Shown here: one piece after another, positions 18,649 to 28,351 of the stretch
How positions within the stretch are numbered: the stretch's first letter is position 1
How the letters are laid out: every line of letters starts with the position of its first letter
IMG/VR virus record: IMGVR_UViG_3300008009_000010
Source of the DNA: a virus
DNA length: 64,000 nt
Direction: 5' to 3' (one strand)
Made by a program: the position numbers and the translations under genes
Notes under the pieces: model-generated
The model's input: only the letters and a program-made list of their open reading frames with translations
Told to the model about the DNA's origin: nothing
The model's database searches: none

Positions 18649-18686
18649 TTAATTATAAATTTCTTTTAATAAATGGAGATTAAAAA

Positions 18687-19409
18687 ATGAATATAGTAGT
18701 TTATACATTAAGTTGGAATGAAGAATTTATGATGCCATTTTTCTTAAAACATTATAGTAAATATGCATCTAAGATTGTTGTTATAGATAATGAATCAACA
18801 GATTCAACACAAGAAATAGTAAAATCTTTTAATAATACTGAACTAAGAATTAGGTCAAGTAATAATCAAATTAATGAACAACACCATATTGACATAAAGA
18901 ATAATATTTATAAAGAATCAAGAGGTAAAGCTGATTGGGTGATTGTATGTGATGTTGATGAATTTCTTTATCATCCAAATTTTATTAAAAAATTAGAACA
19001 ATATAAGAAAACAGGTATTAATTATCCTAAAGTAAAAGGATTTGAAATGATGCCTAATTGTGAAATTTCTTCGGAAGATGATCTTTGTGAAAAATATCAA
19101 ATGGGAGCAAGATTTAAAAATTTCGATAAACGTGCTATCTTTGACCCTAATCTTGATATGGAATTTTGTGCTGGTTGCCATAGAGCAAAAACACCAATGA
19201 ATGCTCATGAATCAGCTATGCCTGATATTCGTATGATGCATTATAAAATGTTGAACTTGAACTATTTTATTAATCGCAATCAACTTCTTGGAACTAGATT
19301 GAGTGATCTTAATAAAAAAATGGGTTGGAGTTTACACTATACTTTGTCAAAAGAAGAAATGACAAAAACATATAATGATTTTCTCTCTAAAATAGAGAAA
19401 GTAATATAA
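18687..19409 (+). CDS. GT-A fold glycosyltransferase (GT2-like)
   Basis: WNEEFMMPFFLKHY, VIDNESTDST, DWVIVCDVDEFL (DxD). Confidence 0.88.
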   Translation: MNIVVYTLSWNEEFMMPFFLKHYSKYASKIVVIDNESTDSTQEIVKSFNNTELRIRSSNNQINEQHHIDIKNNIYKESRGKADWVIVCDVDEFLYHPNFIKKLEQYKKTGINYPKVKGFEMMPNCEISSEDDLCEKYQMGARFKNFDKRAIFDPNLDMEFCAGCHRAKTPMNAHESAMPDIRMMHYKMLNLNYFINRNQLLGTRLSDLNKKMGWSLHYTLSKEEMTKTYNDFLSKIEKVI

Positions 19410-19449
19410 ATACTAATATATTTAAAAAAGTTCATAGGAAAAATAATAA

Positions 19450-19591
19450 ATGAGTAAAATTGAACTAGTTATTATTAGCAGTGGTAGATATGATTATCTT
19501 GAAAAAACATTAGAATCTTTTTAAAAATGCTGAGTTTAAAAATAATACACATATTGGTATCGAAAGAGTAGACAATTATAGTGATTTCTAA
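19450..19591 (+). pseudogene. Glycosyltransferase remnant with most of the gene deleted
   Basis: MSKIELVIISSGRYDYLEKTLESF* resembles a GT2 N-terminus; an HIGIER C-terminal piece follows in another frame. Confidence 0.5.
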
Positions 19592-20558
19592 TAATGAAAA
19601 ATTAACTCAATTATATTCAAGTTTTGGTGATAAATTACTTCAACATACGGATGTTCTTTATTCTATCCAATATAATAAAAAATTTAAACCTATTACTGTT
19701 CAACTTTGCCCTACTAATAAATGTGACTTATCCTGCTCTTATTGCTCTGTTTCTAATAGAATTAAAAATTCTGAAATACCTTTTGATACAATAAAACAAG
19801 GTTTAAATGATTTTGTAAAATTAGGGGCAAAATCACTTGAAATATCAGGAGGAGGTAATCCACTTTTATATCCTGAAATTAATAAAATAATTTTATACGC
19901 TCATAAGTTGGGTTTAGAAATTGGTATTATTACTAATTCAACAAAACCTCATAAATATTTATCACAAGAAAGTATTAAAATTATTAAATGGATTAGAGTA
20001 TCTTTATCAGCAATTGATTACCATAAAAATTATGACCTAAATAAAATACCAACAAAAAAATTAGCTTTGTCTTATATTATTAATGATAAAACAACTTATG
20101 AAAATATTCATGATATTTCTTTAATTTCAAAAAAATATGATGTTAAATTTGTTAGACTTGCTGCTGATTGTACTGGCGATGATTCACTTTTTGTTAAACA
20201 AAAATGGAATAGATTTATTAATTCTGAAAATAATTCAAAACTTTTTATTAAAGAAATTAATGATAATTACCATGCTTACCAACATTGCTATGTCGGTATG
20301 ATCCGCCCTTATTGGGTTCCTGAAGGTGTTTTTATTTGCTCTTCTCATGTTTTAGAAGCTCTTAACTATAATGAAAAATATAAATTATGTGATGTGAAAA
20401 ATATTCTTGACTTCTACCAAAAAGCAAATTATAATGTTTCTATCGGTAAACTACCTTATTGTATTGATACAGAAAAATGTTTCCATTGCTATTATTATAA
20501 CAATAATAAAATTTTACATACTGTTGTTTCTGACTTGCCTGATAAAAATTTTGCTTAA
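19581..20558 (+). CDS. Radical SAM enzyme, probably with a SPASM/twitch-like C-terminus
   Basis: CPTNKCDLSCSYC (CxxxCxxC), ISGGGNPLLY, IITN, WIRVSL, C-terminal C...CFHC. Confidence 0.92.
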   Translation: MISNNEKLTQLYSSFGDKLLQHTDVLYSIQYNKKFKPITVQLCPTNKCDLSCSYCSVSNRIKNSEIPFDTIKQGLNDFVKLGAKSLEISGGGNPLLYPEINKIILYAHKLGLEIGIITNSTKPHKYLSQESIKIIKWIRVSLSAIDYHKNYDLNKIPTKKLALSYIINDKTTYENIHDISLISKKYDVKFVRLAADCTGDDSLFVKQKWNRFINSENNSKLFIKEINDNYHAYQHCYVGMIRPYWVPEGVFICSSHVLEALNYNEKYKLCDVKNILDFYQKANYNVSIGKLPYCIDTEKCFHCYYYNNNKILHTVVSDLPDKNFA

Positions 20559-20708
20559 ATATTTTTTTATGTAACTTCAAGAATACTAAGTTTAAATCTC
20601 TCTCCTTTATTACCTGTGTTTTTAGATAATTTCTCTCTTTTTTTGTCTTGACATTTTTTCACAAATAGATTATTATATAGTTGTTTTAATAAAAATAAGG
20701 AGATAAAA

Positions 20709-20981
20709 ATGTATTTAAAATTAAAAGAACCTAAAGGTATTTATCTCGTTTTGCAAAAACCAGTTGAAGAATGGACATTAGAAGATAAAAATCTAATTGC
20801 TAATCAACATAGAAAATTACTATGTGATAACATCGTTTGTTATTCAGGAGTAGATGTACTTAATAGCCTATGGAGTGTAATAGATCAAATTCCTCCATGT
20901 GGTCTAGGAGTTATCTTGTGCGCAGCAGCACAAGAAATAGATGCATTACGAAAATTGAATGAAAAAAATGAAACATTATAA
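20709..20981 (+). CDS. Hypothetical protein
   Basis: 90 aa, AAGGAG RBS, early promoter upstream. Confidence 0.65.
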   Translation: MYLKLKEPKGIYLVLQKPVEEWTLEDKNLIANQHRKLLCDNIVCYSGVDVLNSLWSVIDQIPPCGLGVILCAAAQEIDALRKLNEKNETL

Positions 20982-21044
20982 AGATTTTTGTTGAAAAAAA
21001 CCAAAATTATTCCTATGTTTATAAACTCAATATGTGAGGAAATT

Positions 21045-21359
21045 ATGAAAATTCTAGTAGTAGTTATTCTATTAGTAACAATTTCTTTTTCTACTCCCTC
21101 TTATGCTCTTGAATCAAAAGTATGTAAAGAAGTTAGTAGTATTGCAATTTCTGTGATGGAAGTTAGACAAAATGGAGTTAATATACAGGATCTTACTGAA
21201 TTATTAGATCAGAAAACTTTTTCTAAAGATATTGAAATTATTATTAAAAATATTATTATTGTGGCTTATAAAAACCCTATTGTTACAGGTAAAGAAAATA
21301 AAGAAGCAGTTGTAAAAGAATTTGCTGAACAAGTTTTTATTTTTTGTTACCAATTATAA
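21045..21359 (+). CDS. Exported hypothetical protein (signal peptide)
   Basis: Likely start at 21045: MKILVVVILLVTISFSTPSYA|LES with a GAGGA RBS. Confidence 0.65.
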   Translation: MKILVVVILLVTISFSTPSYALESKVCKEVSSIAISVMEVRQNGVNIQDLTELLDQKTFSKDIEIIIKNIIIVAYKNPIVTGKENKEAVVKEFAEQVFIFCYQL

Positions 21360-21398
21360 AAATGAAAAAAGTCTAATCTAATTTTAAAGGAATAAAAA

Positions 21399-21617
21399 AT
21401 GAAAAAAGAAAATAAGATCGTTTTTGTAATGGCACAAATTGCCCTTATGAATTGTGAACGCGCAGGAATGGAAGCTGAAAATACATATAGACTAAATTGT
21501 GGTCAAAGTATTATCTATGGGGATGAAGCATTCCAGTCTCTTTATGACAAATATGCCCCGTTGATTGGTAGAAACGCTTTCCCTGAGATGTTCATTTTAT
21601 CAGAACGTGAAACCTGA
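21399..21617 (+). CDS. Hypothetical protein
   Basis: 72 aa with RBS. Confidence 0.6.
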   Translation: MKKENKIVFVMAQIALMNCERAGMEAENTYRLNCGQSIIYGDEAFQSLYDKYAPLIGRNAFPEMFILSERET

Positions 21618-21737
21618 CTTAAGAATCATTTAGCTATCACAAGACAGGACAGAAAATAAAAAATGAATACGGAATTATTGCAATCGTATTCAGTGATAAT
21701 AACAATTAAACCAATTCAATAACAGAAAGGATAAATC

Positions 21738-22037
21738 ATGAGTGGAGGCCACTTTGATTATAATCAATATAAAATTGAAGAAATTGCAAACGAAATCCAA
21801 GACATAATTAACAATAATGGAAAAAATATTATTAATTCATTTGGATATGATCAATATCAAAATTACCCCGTTGAAATTATTAATCGGTTTAAATTAGCTG
21901 TTAATACCTTGCGTAAAGCAAAAGCAATGGTACAGAGAATTGACTGGTTGTTGTCTGGTGATGATGGGGAAGAGTCTTTTCTAGAACGATGGAATGAAGA
22001 AGTAATGCCTTTTTATGAATCTGATGATTTAAAATGA
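21738..22037 (+). CDS. Conserved phage hypothetical protein
   Basis: MSGGHFDYNQY..IA..I ... RIDWLLSGDDGEESFLER pattern. Confidence 0.75.
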   Translation: MSGGHFDYNQYKIEEIANEIQDIINNNGKNIINSFGYDQYQNYPVEIINRFKLAVNTLRKAKAMVQRIDWLLSGDDGEESFLERWNEEVMPFYESDDLK

Positions 22038-22450
22038 ACTACACAAAAAGTTGTGCTTAGTTATTGATCTTTGTCTTGATGAAAGAATGTGAAAATTGTA
22101 AATTCAAATGTTTTTTTGATAACAAGATTATAAAAATACTCTTCCCATAAAAATGATATTATGCTTACAGATGAAAAGTACAAAAATCTGATAATATCAT
22201 CTAATCTGCTTTTTAGTAAAAAATATCTTGACAAAAAATGAAAATAAAGATATATTTAAATCAACCTTAAGAGAGAGAGGATTTTATGAATACTGAAATT
22301 TTAGTAAATGATTTGTATTACTACCCTAAATGTGATGTAGAATATAATATTTAATTAAAGATTGAGATACTTTTCAAGACGATAAAAAATAGTCTGCTGA
22401 TGAATGACTTCATTAGTAATATAAAGTCAAACCTCCTAAAGGAGAATTTA

Positions 22451-22693
22451 ATGAAACCTCTATGTGAACCATTCGAGTTTGTTACACACACTGTCCTCGG
22501 GAAGAAACACGTTCAAACACGTCAATATTTTGAGATTGAAGCGTCTGACCACAAAATATCTAATTGGTTGGGGTATGGACAGCCTGACAAGACAGTCTAT
22601 GCCCACGAATTAGGTAAGAAACTTTGTCATTATAAAGATGACACTGGATGAGGTTGCTGGTCATTTGCTGCTGACAACACTACTGATTTATAA
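22451..22693 (+). pseudogene. Hypothetical ORF with an in-frame TGA (22649-22651)
   Basis: AAGGAG RBS then MKPLCEPF...HYKDDTG*GCWSFAADNTTDL. Confidence 0.5.
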
Positions 22694-22751
22694 GCTACAG
22701 AGCTTATACTACTTTATAAATGGTTATACTTATATCTATAGGAGAAATAAA

Positions 22752-23147
22752 ATGAGTGACAATCTTATCAAACAAGCAGAGCAAAACGTTCTTAACATCT
22801 GTAAAGAGATGGAATTAGCAATTGATGCATTGGATGCATTCAAGAGGTTTGGCAATAGAGCATTGAAAGATTATATCTCAAAACCTAAATTTTTTGAAGG
22901 TTTAGAGTTGATGTTTCAGGCTGTTAGACAAGAATATGTGGAACAAATTTCAAGATGTTTCGCGTTATCAGGAGTAGGAGGCAAAGAATCTCATGCGTAC
23001 GCTAAAAGTAGGGCAAAAGATTATTTTGGGGGGAATTACGAAATTATGTCTTTTTTAGATAGATGGGGAGCAATGGGGTCATATAAATCTGATCTTGAAA
23101 AAGAATTCAAAACACAATTAAAAAATGCTATTAAAGAGGAAAAATAA
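22752..23147 (+). CDS. Hypothetical protein
   Basis: Likely start at 22752 (AGGAG RBS), MSDNLIKQAEQ... Confidence 0.65.
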   Translation: MSDNLIKQAEQNVLNICKEMELAIDALDAFKRFGNRALKDYISKPKFFEGLELMFQAVRQEYVEQISRCFALSGVGGKESHAYAKSRAKDYFGGNYEIMSFLDRWGAMGSYKSDLEKEFKTQLKNAIKEEK

Positions 23148-23203
23148 AAAAGTTAATCAGTAATCTTGATATTAGTGTTTCTTATTTTTTAGGGAGTATA
23201 ATT

Positions 23204-23392
23204 ATGGAAAAATATAATTTTAGTAGTATATCTGGTTGTTGTGATCCATGGGATGATAGGAATAATGCTATTGGGTTGTGCCCAGATTGTGGAGAACCTG
23301 TTGACAATGAAGGTAATGCTGTTGTAGGTTGTCATTATTCTCCTGAAGTATGTTCTACTTGTGGCAGTTGTCCTTGTGATATGTATTGCTAA
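23204..23392 (+). CDS. Small Cys-rich zinc-finger-like protein
   Basis: CPDCG..., CSTCGSCPC. Confidence 0.65.
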   Translation: MEKYNFSSISGCCDPWDDRNNAIGLCPDCGEPVDNEGNAVVGCHYSPEVCSTCGSCPCDMYC

Positions 23393-23492
23393 TGAATAAG
23401 ATAATTTTTATGGTATTTTAAATTTTATCTTGACAAAAAATGAAAATGAAGATATATTTAAATCAATCTTAACAGAGAGAGAGTATTTTTTT

Positions 23493-23747
23493 ATGAACAC
23501 TGAAATTTCAGTAAATCTGGGTAATAAAAAAGAACCATTACCTGATTTGTATTACTGTCCTGAATGTGATCTTGAATTTAATACCTCTCAATGTATTCAA
23601 ATTGAGGAATTAGACTGGGAGAATAGACATTATACTGTTCATTCATGCCCAGATTGTGGAGATAATGCGGGTAAATATAGGATGAGTGAAAAAAGATTAA
23701 AAAAATGGTACAAATGGAGAAAAAAAAATCTTTCTTCTGTTATATAA
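23493..23747 (+). CDS. Zinc-ribbon protein
   Basis: Likely start at 23493; YCPECD...SCPDCG. Confidence 0.65.
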   Translation: MNTEISVNLGNKKEPLPDLYYCPECDLEFNTSQCIQIEELDWENRHYTVHSCPDCGDNAGKYRMSEKRLKKWYKWRKKNLSSVI

Positions 23748-23891
23748 GGATTATTTAGAAGAAGACAACTATTCACCCCCAGATGATGTAATGATTTATC
23801 TTATCAGGTGATCGGGAGAAAATTATTAAGTCATTTAATATTTCAGAATGCCAAGATAATTCATAAATGAAAACTGAAAGGGGTTAATACA

Positions 23892-24116
23892 ATGCAACAT
23901 AAACCACACTGTAATCTTTTAAAAAATGCAACAGGATCGCTTTACTCCCATCTACCTTGTAATTGTGGTGCAAGGGTTAATGAAGCGACAGTTAATGAAC
24001 TGTACGAAGCATTGGAACTAGCTTTAGAAATAATCAACAAATATACATACAAAGAATATATTGCTGGTATTTCAGTTATTGAAGATACGTTAAATAAATT
24101 TAAAATAGAGGAATAA
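23892..24116 (+). CDS. Hypothetical protein
   Basis: 74 aa, HCN..PCNCG. Confidence 0.6.
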   Translation: MQHKPHCNLLKNATGSLYSHLPCNCGARVNEATVNELYEALELALEIINKYTYKEYIAGISVIEDTLNKFKIEE

Positions 24117-24140
24117 AGATACACCACAAACGCAAACTAT

Positions 24141-24215
24141 GCTCCGGTAATTCAATGGGAGAATAGGCGACTTATAATCGCTCTATGGAAGGTTCGAATC
24201 CTCCCCGGAGTACCA
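24141..24215 (+). tRNA. tRNA-Ile (anticodon UAU)
   Basis: Acceptor GCTCCGG/CCGGAGT, D-stem ATTC/GAAT, anticodon arm GGCGA-CTTATAA-TCGCT, T-loop TTCGAAT, encoded CCA. Confidence 0.92.
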
Positions 24216-24264
24216 ATACAATAAATTCAGATGAAGTATCTGCCCTTAGAAGGGGGAGAAATAA

Positions 24265-24504
24265 ATGGCTAAATTTAATAGTTCGCGATGTAATGTTCTT
24301 TATAACAATACCTCGTTTCACGACTGGGAACATATTAAATACATACCAGTTGTACCAGAAATTACTATAGTTCCCTATGATGAGGTTGACTCAATTCCTA
24401 GTACCTTACCTCACAACGAAATTAAAGAATGCAGAAACTGTAGATTATGCTGTGTTTTTGATCATACTGGCACAATAGTTAAAATATTACATGGAGCCTA
24501 TTAG
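24265..24504 (+). CDS. Hypothetical protein
   Basis: 79 aa, GGGGAG RBS, CRNCRLCC. Confidence 0.55.
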   Translation: MAKFNSSRCNVLYNNTSFHDWEHIKYIPVVPEITIVPYDEVDSIPSTLPHNEIKECRNCRLCCVFDHTGTIVKILHGAY

Positions 24505-24816
24505 ATTAGGAGCATAAGAGATTATGCGGGAGCAACTTACTATATCCAGTCGTCATACCTTTTGTTCTAGGTGCCTGATTATGATGGGGAAACGCCCAGT
24601 CATAGAGATAAATACACCACCAACAGTAAACATAGGTGGTGTAACGTTAAGGATAAGTGATGACTAACGGACAGTTACCAAAAGGATACCCTCGGGAATA
24701 TAGACCTAGACCAGTTACTTACTGTATTGACTGTGGATACCCGCATATATCCTTACTTGATGCTAAACTTTGTTGTTTGGAAAAGCAAGTAGAGAGAAGA
24801 AAACGAGAGATAAGCG

Positions 24817-25011
24817 ATGAAAGATAAAGAGATTGAAGAAAACTACATTCACATGAGACTAGTCCTAAACGACTGTGTTGTTGAAAAACTTATCCCATTG
24901 GCTTTGGTTTTAACATCGAATGTAGATGAAGTGGCAAGATTTGCTACTCAAACATGGACAGAACTTCGCGAGAATAATGAATTTGCTGCATCGAGGGAAC
25001 TTCGGCACTAA
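24817..25011 (+). CDS. Hypothetical protein
   Basis: 64-aa ORF. Confidence 0.5.
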   Translation: MKDKEIEENYIHMRLVLNDCVVEKLIPLALVLTSNVDEVARFATQTWTELRENNEFAASRELRH

Positions 25012-25155
25012 GACGTATCTGTGGGGTCTTACCCCACGAGATGTAAGACTATAGGCCACGCCCGAAAGGGGCTATCAGTGGATGACGACATACAGAGAGT
25101 TAGCGACCTGGACAGCAACTCTTGCTGGCAGACCGAGAGTAAAAATAGTCTGCCC
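25012..25155 (+). ncRNA. Putative structured non-coding RNA
   Basis: GC-rich intergenic cluster of hairpins: GTGGGG/CCCCAC, a GAAA tetraloop hairpin, CAGCA/TGCTG, GGCAGAC/GTCTGCC; complementary loops ACTCT/AGAGT. Confidence 0.4.
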
Positions 25156-25215
25156 TTCAAATATAATAATTTTAATACTAATAAACATGACCAGAATAAT
25201 CAAAAGGAAAATAAT

Positions 25216-25443
25216 ATGTTGTTCAAGTACATTTATCTTGATGTTCCGTGGAGCTTGAATTATGTAGTTTATCGGAGCTTTTCTGATCTAAAAAAGTACA
25301 ATGAGAAGGATATGGTCAAATTCCACCGAGTGTGTACGTTCGTTACTGAATATGAGGCTCGTGATTATTGCGATTATCGAAATGAAATGGTCAAAAAATA
25401 TGAATCAGACGATGTGAATCTTATCGTTCGGACTAACATCTGA
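25216..25443 (+). CDS. Hypothetical protein
   Basis: True start probably 25216 (AAAGGA RBS), not 25021. Confidence 0.6.
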   Translation: MLFKYIYLDVPWSLNYVVYRSFSDLKKYNEKDMVKFHRVCTFVTEYEARDYCDYRNEMVKKYESDDVNLIVRTNI

Positions 25444-25463
25444 AAAGTCACAAAGGATACGAT

Positions 25464-25706
25464 ATGAGTGAACCAAAAGTACCAAAAGGGTTTGTAATGA
25501 TCTACACTGATACACAATCAATCTGTATGCGTATAGACCATATTATTTCAGTTGCAGTAGAGTGTGGCAAAAGCAAAGCACTCCACATTACAACAACAAA
25601 CGGAGATACTTATAAAGCATCTAATGACTTTGAAGACTTTTTAAAAAGTCTAGATGAAGAAGAAGATAAACCAGAATGGAATGGATATGGGTACAAGATA
25701 GGATGA
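25464..25706 (+). CDS. Hypothetical protein
   Basis: 80 aa with RBS. Confidence 0.6.
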   Translation: MSEPKVPKGFVMIYTDTQSICMRIDHIISVAVECGKSKALHITTTNGDTYKASNDFEDFLKSLDEEEDKPEWNGYGYKIG

Positions 25707-25790
25707 CCTTTACTAGTCACAGCAACATAGACAGTCAATTCATAATATTTGTCATGTTAATAAACATGATCAGAATAAAAGGTAGATAAT

Positions 25791-26240
25791 ATGAATATTG
25801 AAATAAATATTGATGATTATTTAAGTGAAGACGAAAAAAAATATGCTGTAACTACAGCTTTTAAAGAACTTGTCAAGTCAAATTTTAAAAGAGAAACAGA
25901 CTTAACAAGAATATTGTCTAATACAGCGTATGAAATAGTTCATAAAACAGTAGATGATATTTTAGGAGAAAGCACAAAAAGCATCATTGCAAAAGAGGTT
26001 AAACGAATTGTTCAGGATAAAAGTACACTAAAACACTCTATTTTTAAGAAACCAGATGCATGGGATAGAGAACCTAATAATGCCTATAAATTCCTCCAAA
26101 AATGTATTGAAGAACAATTTTCCGTTATCAAACAAATAGTTCAGGAAAATATCGAGAAAGAAACACTTAGTCTATTAAAAGAAAACTTAAATGATTATAT
26201 TGTAGAAGCAGTACAAGATCTTTTCATAGTTAATAAATAA
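25791..26240 (+). CDS. Conserved phage hypothetical protein
   Basis: 149 aa; IDDYLSEDEKK ... RILSNTAY ... AWDRE. Confidence 0.7.
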   Translation: MNIEINIDDYLSEDEKKYAVTTAFKELVKSNFKRETDLTRILSNTAYEIVHKTVDDILGESTKSIIAKEVKRIVQDKSTLKHSIFKKPDAWDREPNNAYKFLQKCIEEQFSVIKQIVQENIEKETLSLLKENLNDYIVEAVQDLFIVNK

Positions 26241-26453
26241 TTAATTTTTTATAATATAACCTACCTAAAAAATTAACTTTATTGTTTCAAGAATAAAAGA
26301 TATTCTTACCAAAAAATATAGAGTGCAATTATGTTAAAAATAACTCTTGACTTTTTAACATAATTGAAATATTATAAGTTATAAAGAATTTAAATTATTT
26401 TAAAGAAAGTTAAATTTTATCCTTAATATCAGATAACGTAAATAGGAGATGAA

Positions 26454-26774
26454 ATGAGTATTATTGAAGCATTAAGAGAAATCTATCTTGGGAACCTTCC
26501 ACGACCGGTTTACGGTATTTGTGGTAATATCAACAAATTGGCAGAGGGTTATTCTGATTTAGTGAATCATGATTGGTGGAGAAAAGCTTTAATTTCTTGG
26601 GACAAGTTCACAGGGGATTTTAATTATCCTATACCAGCAACAAATAAAAAATACAATCCCAGTGAACAATACAATAAAACTAAACAGTTATGGAGTGGTA
26701 AACAGGGGGAACTTCGTAAAGAACTGGTAAATCATCTTATTAAATTTACAGAGGGGTTAGACAAAAATGAATGA
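26454..26774 (+). CDS. Hypothetical protein
   Basis: 106 aa; GICGN, WDKFTGDFNYPIP, LW.G..GELR. Confidence 0.7.
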   Translation: MSIIEALREIYLGNLPRPVYGICGNINKLAEGYSDLVNHDWWRKALISWDKFTGDFNYPIPATNKKYNPSEQYNKTKQLWSGKQGELRKELVNHLIKFTEGLDKNE

Positions 26775-26967
26775 TCATAAAACCGAGAAGACTGTCTGTA
26801 TGGTAGGCAAACAACAATACAAAGAAATTGGTATCGTACCAGAGCTTTGTGAACAACTAGAAGATACGCTGCATTGGTTAGAAGATATAGCGTCTCTGGG
26901 AATCACTAATGATGATCTTTATTCATCCATTGAGTATGTGTTGAATAAGGCTAGAGGAGAAAATTAA
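26767..26967 (+). CDS. Hypothetical protein (segment paralogous to part of 27499..27891)
   Basis: WLEDIASLGITNDDLYSS vs WLEDAASLETNNDDPYSS. Confidence 0.6.
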   Translation: MNDHKTEKTVCMVGKQQYKEIGIVPELCEQLEDTLHWLEDIASLGITNDDLYSSIEYVLNKARGEN

Positions 26968-27458
26968 TGAACGACCATATCGAACGAATGAAAACTGAAC
27001 ATAAAGAGTTGAAAGAACGTATTGATAAGTTGAACACATTTATTTATTGTAATGATATGTTCCAGCGTCTGGATGATCAGGAAAAAGTTCGGATGATAAA
27101 GCAATCCGGATTTATGGAATCCTATCTGTCAGTACTTGAGTCTCGCATTTGGTGTGGTGAGAGTGGGAACTTAAGGTTGAATACCCTACACAAAAATGGA
27201 AAAGAGTGCCTTGGCCCTGGGTGTATGTACTGTGACGAGGATGAAATATTAAACAAAAACGAATGGAGAGTGAGAATGACTGAACATACAAGCGGGTTCA
27301 GAAAAGTGATAGAAATTACCAATAAACATTGTGAAGATATAATGGATGATATTTACTTTGTCTCTAAATCAAGAATGGAAAACATTATTGATTGTTTAGA
27401 GAGCGGGGCAAAGGAAATAAAGAACCTTAAAGAGAAACAGCGTGACGACTTTTTATGA
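26967..27458 (+). CDS. Chimeric hypothetical protein with an N-terminal crAss001_48-like module
   Basis: HIERMKTEHKELKERIDKLNTFI...Q...MESYLSVLESRI; the remainder is built from modules repeated downstream. Confidence 0.55.
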   Translation: MNDHIERMKTEHKELKERIDKLNTFIYCNDMFQRLDDQEKVRMIKQSGFMESYLSVLESRIWCGESGNLRLNTLHKNGKECLGPGCMYCDEDEILNKNEWRVRMTEHTSGFRKVIEITNKHCEDIMDDIYFVSKSRMENIIDCLESGAKEIKNLKEKQRDDFL

Positions 27459-27498
27459 CGTGGTGATTTATTAAAAAGAATGTCTCTGACCTGGATGT

Positions 27499-27891
27499 AT
27501 GTACTGTGACGAGGATGAAATATCAAACAAAAACGAATGGAGAGTGAGAATGACTGAACATAAAATCAAGCAGACAGGTATCATACCACCGTTGAGCTGG
27601 CTGGAAGATGCGGCGTCTTTGGAAACTAATAATGATGACCCATATTCTTCTACTGAAGATATTTTGGGCAAAACGAAAAAAGCAAAAAAACCTGGAGAGA
27701 AACAACACGATAACTTCTTATGGCGTGGTGATTTATTAAAAAGAGCCATTCCCTATCTTGAAGCTGATTTACTTGGAAGATTGTATTCTGAGTTACAAGG
27801 GGTGGTTGAAAATAAAGTTCTGTGTGACGCGCTAGAACAAGAATGTTGTGCCCTCGAAGCGTTAATTGAGGAAATAAGGTCGCAATTATGA
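27499..27891 (+). CDS. Mosaic hypothetical protein (duplicated modules)
   Basis: Begins with a near-exact copy of 27215-27290. Confidence 0.5.
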   Translation: MYCDEDEISNKNEWRVRMTEHKIKQTGIIPPLSWLEDAASLETNNDDPYSSTEDILGKTKKAKKPGEKQHDNFLWRGDLLKRAIPYLEADLLGRLYSELQGVVENKVLCDALEQECCALEALIEEIRSQL

Positions 27892-28183
27892 ATACTCATT
27901 TAGAAAGAGCAAATAAAATGAACTGGCGCGTAAAATACTGGAGATGGATAAACGAATATGGAGGTGAGTGATGTATATTATACTCGGAATATTGATTGGA
28001 TTAGTAACCTTTTTAGTCTTAGAGATTGTTACTAATAGTCATAAACTACCAGACGACCACGATTTTACGTGTAAAAAAAATACGCTAAAAAGCACTCAAC
28101 TGGATGATAAGCAGCGCCATGAATGGGTTTAAATAATCCGGGTACTGGGTCGCAAGGCAGACACTCTTTCAGAAAGAGGTGAA

Positions 28184-28351
28184 ATGACAATGCTAGGATT
28201 GCTAAAATCACTGACCGATGTTGCCACAGATGTAGTCAAAACCATAGCCGCACCTGCGGAAATAGCGGTTGACCTGACCAGAGCCGTTACCAAACCTATT
28301 GCCGACACCGCCGATGAACTGGTGAAAGAAGTGAAAAAAGCTACGAAATAA
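28184..28351 (+). CDS. Small amphipathic hypothetical protein (55 aa)
   Basis: Read manually: MTMLGLLKSLTDVATDVVKTIAAPAEIAVDLTRAVTKP...; AGAGGTG RBS. Confidence 0.6.
   Translation: MTMLGLLKSLTDVATDVVKTIAAPAEIAVDLTRAVTKPIADTADELVKEVKKATK

Noticed and set aside
24185-24370. Track ORF starting inside the tRNA, and upstream extensions of 39978 and 40273
   Set aside because: These starts lie within tRNA or tRNA-like genes; better downstream starts exist or the ORF is spurious.
24695-25155. Group I intron core (P7-like AGACTAT/ATAGTCT and ATATAGACC)
   Set aside because: No recognisable P3-P6 core in the right order, no interrupted host gene and no exon rejoining.
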